NCBI GenBank assembly: GCA_019694335.1
Contig: JAIBCD010000003.1
Location: 16,113 to 80,112, forward strand
Length of the DNA: 64,000 nucleotides
Origin: Rhodospirillaceae bacterium
GTDB taxonomy: Bacteria > Pseudomonadota > Alphaproteobacteria > Rhodospirillales > Rhodospirillaceae
Direction of reading: 5' to 3'
The notes under the pieces are model-generated. The model made no database searches and was not told the origin of the DNA. It saw only the letters and a list, made by a program, of their open reading frames with translations. Below are positions 56,238 through 62,125 of the stretch, one piece after another. Positions within the stretch are counted from its first letter, which is position 1. Each line of letters starts with the position of its first letter. Position numbers and translations under genes: made by a program.

Positions 56238-56296
56238 GGCACTAACGTTACCTGCGCCGAACGACCGGCGGCCAACGCCGGCGCGGCCAGAACAGG

Positions 56297-57442
56297 ATGG
56301 GGGATTCCATGATCGACGCCGAATTTCAGGGTTGGTTGCGTGAATTGGCGGGGCCGGGCGGCTCCGACCTTTATGTGACCGTCAACGCGCCGCCGGCTTG
56401 GCGTGGCGGCTCGGGCTTCCGCAACCTGCGGGACAAGCCGCTGACGGTCGAGGAAATCAACCGCATCTTCTCCAGCTTCCTGAACGAGAAGCAGCGCAAG
56501 GAATTCGACACCACCGGCGAATTCAACATGGCCCTGATGATGGAAGGCGTGGGCCGGTTCCGCCTCAACCTCTTCAAGCAACGCCAGATGCCCGGGATCG
56601 TGGCGCGCATCATCCGCGCGGAGATCCCCACCCTCGCCCAGTTGAAGCTGCCGAGCCTGTTCGGCGACCTGGTGATGGAAAAGCGCGGATTGATCTTCGT
56701 GGTCGGCGGCACCGGTTCGGGCAAATCCACCACACTCGCTGCGATGATCGGCCATCGCAACGAAACCGCCCCGGGTCACATCATCACCATCGAGGATCCG
56801 GTCGAATACGTGCACGATCATAAAAAGTGCATCGTCACCCAACGCGAGGTCGGCGTGGACACCGACAGCTTCGACGCCGCCCTCAAGAACACGCTGCGCC
56901 AGCACCCCGACCTGATCCTGATCGGCGAAATCCGCGACATGAAAACCATGGAGCATGCCATCAACATCGCCGAGACCGGGCACCTGGCCATGGCGACCTT
57001 GCATGCCAACAACGCCAATCAGGCGATCGAGCGCGTCACCAACTTCTTCCCGATCGAGATGCACCACCAGATCTTGTTGAACCTGTCCCTGAACCTGCGC
57101 GGCATCATCTCCCAGCGCCTGGTTGCGAAGAAGGAAGGCGGCCGCGCCGCCGCCCTCGAGATCATGCTCAATCAGGGCTACATCAAGGAGCTGATCGGCA
57201 AAGGCGAGATCAAGGAATTGAAGAAGGTCATGGAGGAAAATGCCCATAACGGCATGCAGACCTTCGACCAGGCGCTGCTCAAGCTGTTCCAGGAAGGCAC
57301 GATCAACGAGGAAACCGCACTGGCGGAAGCCGACAACGTGGGCGACCTCAAGCTCAAGATCAAACAGGCCAACATCGCCTCCTCGGGCAAGGGCGGCGGC
57401 GGATTGAAGGACGTGGATACGTCGAAGCTGTCGCTCGGCTAG
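56297..57442 (+). CDS. pilU: PilU-like second PilT-family ATPase
   Basis: 381 aa with GGTGSGKST, IEDPVEY, DLILIGEIRD and TGHLAMATLHA. It lacks the A(I/L)xNLIRE motif, having GYIKELIGKGE instead. Confidence 0.75.
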   Translation: MGDSMIDAEFQGWLRELAGPGGSDLYVTVNAPPAWRGGSGFRNLRDKPLTVEEINRIFSSFLNEKQRKEFDTTGEFNMALMMEGVGRFRLNLFKQRQMPGIVARIIRAEIPTLAQLKLPSLFGDLVMEKRGLIFVVGGTGSGKSTTLAAMIGHRNETAPGHIITIEDPVEYVHDHKKCIVTQREVGVDTDSFDAALKNTLRQHPDLILIGEIRDMKTMEHAINIAETGHLAMATLHANNANQAIERVTNFFPIEMHHQILLNLSLNLRGIISQRLVAKKEGGRAAALEIMLNQGYIKELIGKGEIKELKKVMEENAHNGMQTFDQALLKLFQEGTINEETALAEADNVGDLKLKIKQANIASSGKGGGGLKDVDTSKLSLG

Positions 57443-57451
57443 GCGCCCGCT

Positions 57452-58198
57452 TCAGCCGGCGGCGCGCTCACTTTCTTCCAAAGCGGCGAGGAATGCACGC
57501 TCCAGCGATTGGGCGCCCAATCGGCTGACGAAATCCCGGGGCGTGCCCAGGAAGATGATTCGGCCGGCGTGCAGGACGGCGATGCGGTCGCAGATCTCCT
57601 CGATATCCGACAGGATATGCGAGCTAAAGAACACCGACCGGCCGGCAGCCTTGCTCTCCATCAGGCGGTCCTTGAGCATCACGCGCGCGCGCGGGTCCAG
57701 ACCGCTCATGGGCTCATCCAAGATCATCAGCGCCGAGTCCACGAGGAAGGTAGCCACCAGGCCAAGCTTCTGGCCCATGCCTTTGGAGTAGGTCTTGACC
57801 TTGCGGTCGATCGCGGCCGGATCGAGATCGAGCCCCGCGGCAATGGTGCGCGCCCGGTCGCGGTCGATCGTCTGCCCGAAGTACGCGAGCATGATTCCGA
57901 GGTACTCCCAGCCATAAAGCTGTGGCGACGGCTGGAACTTCTCCGGGAGATACACGAGATTGCGCCGGGCCACGGGTTCGGTACAGGGTTCGCCGAACAG
58001 TTTGATGTCCCCCGCGGCCTGCCTGAGACCAAGGATGGACCGGATCATGGTGGTCTTGCCGGCCCCATTCAGCCCGACCAGGCCGAACACTTCACCGGAC
58101 TGCACGGCGAACGAGACGTCCGCGAACACCTGCTTTTTGCCGTAACTGGCGGAAACGGCCGCGAGTTCCAGGGGCGGCGCCCCCGTGGCCGGACTCAC
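57452..58198 (-). CDS. ABC transporter ATP-binding protein (ABC-2/DrrA-like), no adjacent permease
   Basis: 248 aa with Walker A GLNGAGKTT, signature YSKGMGQK, Walker B LMILDEPMSGLD and H-loop SSHIL. The GTG start overlaps the TGA of the upstream gene (GTGA). Confidence 0.8.
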   Translation of the reverse strand: MSPATGAPPLELAAVSASYGKKQVFADVSFAVQSGEVFGLVGLNGAGKTTMIRSILGLRQAAGDIKLFGEPCTEPVARRNLVYLPEKFQPSPQLYGWEYLGIMLAYFGQTIDRDRARTIAAGLDLDPAAIDRKVKTYSKGMGQKLGLVATFLVDSALMILDEPMSGLDPRARVMLKDRLMESKAAGRSVFFSSHILSDIEEICDRIAVLHAGRIIFLGTPRDFVSRLGAQSLERAFLAALEESERAAG

Positions 58199-58656
58199 TG
58201 CACCCGCCCCTCAACGACGATGCCGGATTTGGCCACGAACGTCTGGTTGGGTCCGAGGCGGACGGGGCGCATACCCATGGCGCTCAAGGGCACCAGCAAC
58301 TCGACCGATGACGGTGAAATGTCGGTCACCTTAAAGGCTTGGAAATCCTGGTGCGGTTCGATCGGCACACCGTTCACCCAGATGACCCAATCTGTCGGGC
58401 TGAAATAGAGAATACTCGAGAGATAGAGCGACGCGTTCTCGACGGCGTTACCCGCATTGGCCCCAGCCCCGGCATCCGCCTGTCCGATACGACTCTGGAT
58501 ATCCGTGAGCTCATCGGTCGTGAACATAAGGGTATCGGGAACGCGCGCATCAGAGACCGCAACCGGCGCATCGGCGGATTTGGCGTCGGCGGCAACGGTG
58601 TCATGAAGCCACAGCAAGCCGACAAATGCGACAAATGCGAAGGTGACAGTCCTCAT
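58195..58656 (-). CDS. Small secreted protein, possible PilP/MshK/GspC-HR-like
   Basis: 153 aa with a signal peptide (MRTVTFAFVAFVGLLWLHDTVAA). The C-terminal pattern LYLSSILYFSPTDWVIWVNGVPIEPHQDFQAFKVTDISPSSVELLV resembles the L.L.GI....A.iNG......G......V..I....V.L pattern of HR/PilP domains. This rests on my pattern recognition only. Confidence 0.4.
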   Translation of the reverse strand: MRTVTFAFVAFVGLLWLHDTVAADAKSADAPVAVSDARVPDTLMFTTDELTDIQSRIGQADAGAGANAGNAVENASLYLSSILYFSPTDWVIWVNGVPIEPHQDFQAFKVTDISPSSVELLVPLSAMGMRPVRLGPNQTFVAKSGIVVEGRVQ

Positions 58657-59312
58657 GGCTTTTGCTCATTGGCCAAGGCGGTTCGCCACACCAGGTCCAT
58701 CTCGCCGGTCACGATCGCACCTTTCTTACTGATTTGTGCAAGCATATCTGCGGTCACTTTCGGCGGCCGCGAAAGCTTGAGGGACGTCAGCACCGCCGAA
58801 CCGGGAAAATTCCGGCGTAAATCGGCGGTGAATCCGTAGATCTGCCCATCGAGCGGCGACCCGAGCTTGATCTTGATTGACTCGACGCTGACGCGATAAG
58901 CCTGGGCTTGGGTCTGGGCCTGGTTTGCCGTTGGCGGTGCGGCTCTGTCATTGGCGGCCGCGAATTCGGCGGTCATCTCGGTCAAGCCATGTTCCTGGGC
59001 CAGGCTTTGAAGCTGTTTGAGGGCATCGCGCCGTGTGTGGGGCACCAGCCGATCCCCCTTCATCAGCTTTTCGAATTGTTCGGTGTTTTCAGTGACGAAT
59101 TTGTAGTCGGCGTTGGCCGAGGCCGCATCCCGCGTGGCTTGATCGATGGACCTTTTGAGCCGTGCGCTTTCGGTGACCGCACCGTCGAGCGTACCGCCGA
59201 GCACTTCGAGCAGTATGACGAATAGAACGGCCGAACTGACCAGCACGGCCAGGGAAATCATCACCTTGCGCGGCAAATCCGGAATCTTGATGCGGATTTC
59301 GGGGAGTTTCAT
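58653..59312 (-). CDS. Bitopic PilO/MshJ/GspM-like assembly protein
   Basis: 219 aa with a short cytoplasmic N-terminus, one TM (VMISLAVLVSSAVLFVILLEVLG), a coiled-coil and a C-terminal globular part. ATGA overlaps occur at both ends. Confidence 0.5.
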   Translation of the reverse strand: MKLPEIRIKIPDLPRKVMISLAVLVSSAVLFVILLEVLGGTLDGAVTESARLKRSIDQATRDAASANADYKFVTENTEQFEKLMKGDRLVPHTRRDALKQLQSLAQEHGLTEMTAEFAAANDRAAPPTANQAQTQAQAYRVSVESIKIKLGSPLDGQIYGFTADLRRNFPGSAVLTSLKLSRPPKVTADMLAQISKKGAIVTGEMDLVWRTALANEQKP

Positions 59313-60904
59313 CGCGCCACCTTCACAATACGGAATTCGGCGCGGAACGGCTCGTCGGAGTGAGGAGCTGTATCAAGACCGAGAACATCTGATAGTCCGC
59401 CCGAGAATGTCTGGCTGGCCTGGGCCGCCAGCGGCGCCACGGTCATCTGCACGCGATAGTCTTTGCCGAAGCTTTCGTTCAGGCGACTCTCGAGGCGGCG
59501 CGTCACTGCAACGGCTTCATCGGCCGTCACAACTACACTCGGCAACTGCATCCCCGCGACCAGTACATATTCCGATTTTTCCCCCGCCGGCGTACCCGGA
59601 GCGGGTACTGTGACCTGCTGGCCGAGCACGCCGCTGTTGATGCTGAGGCTGGTCACGACCGCGTCGCTCTGTAGAGCGCGCGCCAGAGCTTGCAACGGCG
59701 GAACGATGTCGATCTGGCCCACATCCAGGGTTTTATCAACCTCGATCGCGCTTCGGACCCGGCCCGGCTCGTAGGGCATCCCGCCCGCCAGATTGCGAGC
59801 CGAGGTCAGAGCCGCATTCTTCTGATTTAGTTGCGCTTGCAACGCGGTGTTCTGATCGTTGATCTCCAGCAACTGGTTGGTCGTCCACCCCGCCCAGATC
59901 AGAACCGCCGCCGCCGCGACACCAGCGACATAGGGCGCCGCCAAAAACGCGAGTTCGCGAATATCATCCATGGTGTCGCCCATGGCGAGCGAGCGAGTCA
60001 GAGGCAGCAGCGGCCTGCGTTTGGAAGCGAACCAGGCGGCATGCAGCACGTCACCGAAAGCCTGGTCCTCGCGGCCGAGGGAGCCGAGATTGAGGAGCAT
60101 CCCGGCCTCATATGGCGTGTAGACCGATGCCGAGCGTGCGCCATCCCAGGTCAGATCCTCGAGTACCTTTTTGTTATCGACCGAAGTCAGCACTACCAGA
60201 TCCAGGGGCTCACCCACCTGATAGCCGAGGCGGCGGATATAAGTGATGGTCGCCTTGAAATCCCTGAGAATCATGTCGGCGAAGTCTTCCGGCGGCGTTT
60301 CCGGCGGTGGCGCTTGCGTCAGACGGGTAAGAGAAAGCCGGCCGTTCTTGGTAATGATCTGGCGGAGGCCGCCGGTGACGTTGATGCTGACAAGATGACG
60401 CCAGTGGTTCTTGCCTTCCTCCGCGGGCGGTACGTCCTTCGGCGCGAGCGCCTCCAAGATATCCGCATTCTCGGGCGCAATCGCGTAATAGCCCCCTTTG
60501 TCGTTGGGCAGACTTTCAACGAACTCAACCCAGCCGGGGATATGTCCATCCAAGGGCACGGCGGCAAATTCATAGACAAGGGTCTTTTTGTCGGTTTCGG
60601 TGACCATGCGCGCGCCGCGCAAATTCTGACCTGGATAGGCCATGTTGATATGGCGGGCGAGCACCTTGCGACGGTCGAGAATGCTGACCTTCGGGATCTC
60701 TTCTTCCTTGGAGGACTGGTCGAGGGTGTCGATGAGCACCGACAATTTGGCCTTCGGATCCTCGGCCAGCGCCTCTCCCAGTTCTTCCTGAGCCATGGCG
60801 GGATCGGGCGAACCCAGCCAAGCATTGGCGACCTTTTTGTCCACCAGCTTAGTCAGAACGACATTGTCGTCGCCGATGCTCAGGACATATTCGCTGCGCG
60901 CCAT
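59309..60904 (-). CDS. Bitopic GspL/MshI-like (PilM-PilN fusion-like) assembly protein
   Basis: 531 aa. A cytoplasmic domain of about 335 aa is followed by one TM (LAFLAAPYVAGVAAAAVLIWAGW), a coiled-coil (NQLLEINDQNTALQAQLNQKNAAL) and a periplasmic domain. It sits between the platform protein and the PilO-like gene. Confidence 0.5.
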   Translation of the reverse strand: MARSEYVLSIGDDNVVLTKLVDKKVANAWLGSPDPAMAQEELGEALAEDPKAKLSVLIDTLDQSSKEEEIPKVSILDRRKVLARHINMAYPGQNLRGARMVTETDKKTLVYEFAAVPLDGHIPGWVEFVESLPNDKGGYYAIAPENADILEALAPKDVPPAEEGKNHWRHLVSINVTGGLRQIITKNGRLSLTRLTQAPPPETPPEDFADMILRDFKATITYIRRLGYQVGEPLDLVVLTSVDNKKVLEDLTWDGARSASVYTPYEAGMLLNLGSLGREDQAFGDVLHAAWFASKRRPLLPLTRSLAMGDTMDDIRELAFLAAPYVAGVAAAAVLIWAGWTTNQLLEINDQNTALQAQLNQKNAALTSARNLAGGMPYEPGRVRSAIEVDKTLDVGQIDIVPPLQALARALQSDAVVTSLSINSGVLGQQVTVPAPGTPAGEKSEYVLVAGMQLPSVVVTADEAVAVTRRLESRLNESFGKDYRVQMTVAPLAAQASQTFSGGLSDVLGLDTAPHSDEPFRAEFRIVKVAR

Positions 60905-60907
60905 GCC

Positions 60908-62116
60908 TCAAAATCCCATTTTTGAAAGGCTGTCGTAGATCGGGCCCATCACCCCGGCCACGATCCAGGCCATGATTGCGCCCGAGATCACGGTCATGGC
61001 GGGCTCGACCGAGCCGATCATGGCGTCGATCGCTTCATCCACGTCCTTGTCGTAGAAGCTGGTGACGTTATCCATGACGCCGCCGAGATTACCGCTGTCC
61101 TCGCCGATCTTGATCATGCGGCAGACCAGGCTGGGGAATTGACCGGAGGCGCGCATCGCGGCCGACAACGGCTCGCCGTTCTGCACCTGTTGGCGGACGC
61201 TTTTCATGGATTCCTCCAGGCAGCGATTGCCCACCACGCGCTGGGCGGTTTCCAGGCACTGTAGAATCGGCACACCGCTTTGGAACATCACGGCAAAGAA
61301 ATGAGCAAAACGCGAGATGGCCAGCTTTGTGGTCAACACGCCCATCATGGGGACACGCAGCGCCAGGCATGACAGCGCATAGCGCGCGGTCTCCGAGACC
61401 TTGGATATCCCTACGATCGTGCCGACGATGACAATCGGCGTCAGCAGCATGACCCACCAATAATTGACGACGAAATCCGATGTGGCGATCAACGCCAGCG
61501 TGACCGGCGGCAGGGTTTGGCCGTTGGACTTGAGGAACCCGACAATGCCGGGCACGACGAAACCCATCATGAACATCAACATACCGGTGATGATGATCAG
61601 CACCACCGCCGGATAGCGCGCGGCCTTCACCACTTTTTGGCGGATCGCGTCTTCCCACTTTACGTGTTTGGTCAAGTGCTGGAAGGCCTCGGTGAGTTTG
61701 CCGCTTTCCTCCCCCACCGCGATCAAGGAAGCGTACAAATCGCCGAAAATCTTGGGGTGTTTCTCGAAAGCCTGTGAAAGCGGCGTACCGCTGCCGACAT
61801 CGCTGATCAGCATCGTCGTCATATCGCGGACACGCGGGATGTCGGTGGAATCGCGCACGTCGGTGAGCGAATCCAGGAGCGGCACGCCCGCGGCCTGCAG
61901 CTGTTCAAGATGCATGAAGAACTGGATTTTCTCGCGCGCGCTGATGCCGCGGGCCGCGGCCTGAGCGATGCCGCCGGTCTTGGACACCTTGCTGTCGAGC
62001 AGCATCAAGCCGGTCTGCTGCAGCTGCTGATACAGATCGCTTTCGTTGTTCGCGGATATCTTGCCGCGGACGGTACGGCCGGCGTCGTTCAGAGCACGGT
62101 ATGCGTATTGCGGCAT
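60908..62116 (-). CDS. pilC: Type II secretion / type IV pilus platform protein (GspF/PilC family)
   Basis: 402 aa, MPQYAYRALNDAGRTVRGKISANNESDLYQQL..., with two T2SSF repeats and 3 TM segments. Confidence 0.85.
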   Translation of the reverse strand: MPQYAYRALNDAGRTVRGKISANNESDLYQQLQQTGLMLLDSKVSKTGGIAQAAARGISAREKIQFFMHLEQLQAAGVPLLDSLTDVRDSTDIPRVRDMTTMLISDVGSGTPLSQAFEKHPKIFGDLYASLIAVGEESGKLTEAFQHLTKHVKWEDAIRQKVVKAARYPAVVLIIITGMLMFMMGFVVPGIVGFLKSNGQTLPPVTLALIATSDFVVNYWWVMLLTPIVIVGTIVGISKVSETARYALSCLALRVPMMGVLTTKLAISRFAHFFAVMFQSGVPILQCLETAQRVVGNRCLEESMKSVRQQVQNGEPLSAAMRASGQFPSLVCRMIKIGEDSGNLGGVMDNVTSFYDKDVDEAIDAMIGSVEPAMTVISGAIMAWIVAGVMGPIYDSLSKMGF

Positions 62117-62125
62117 CGGATCTTT

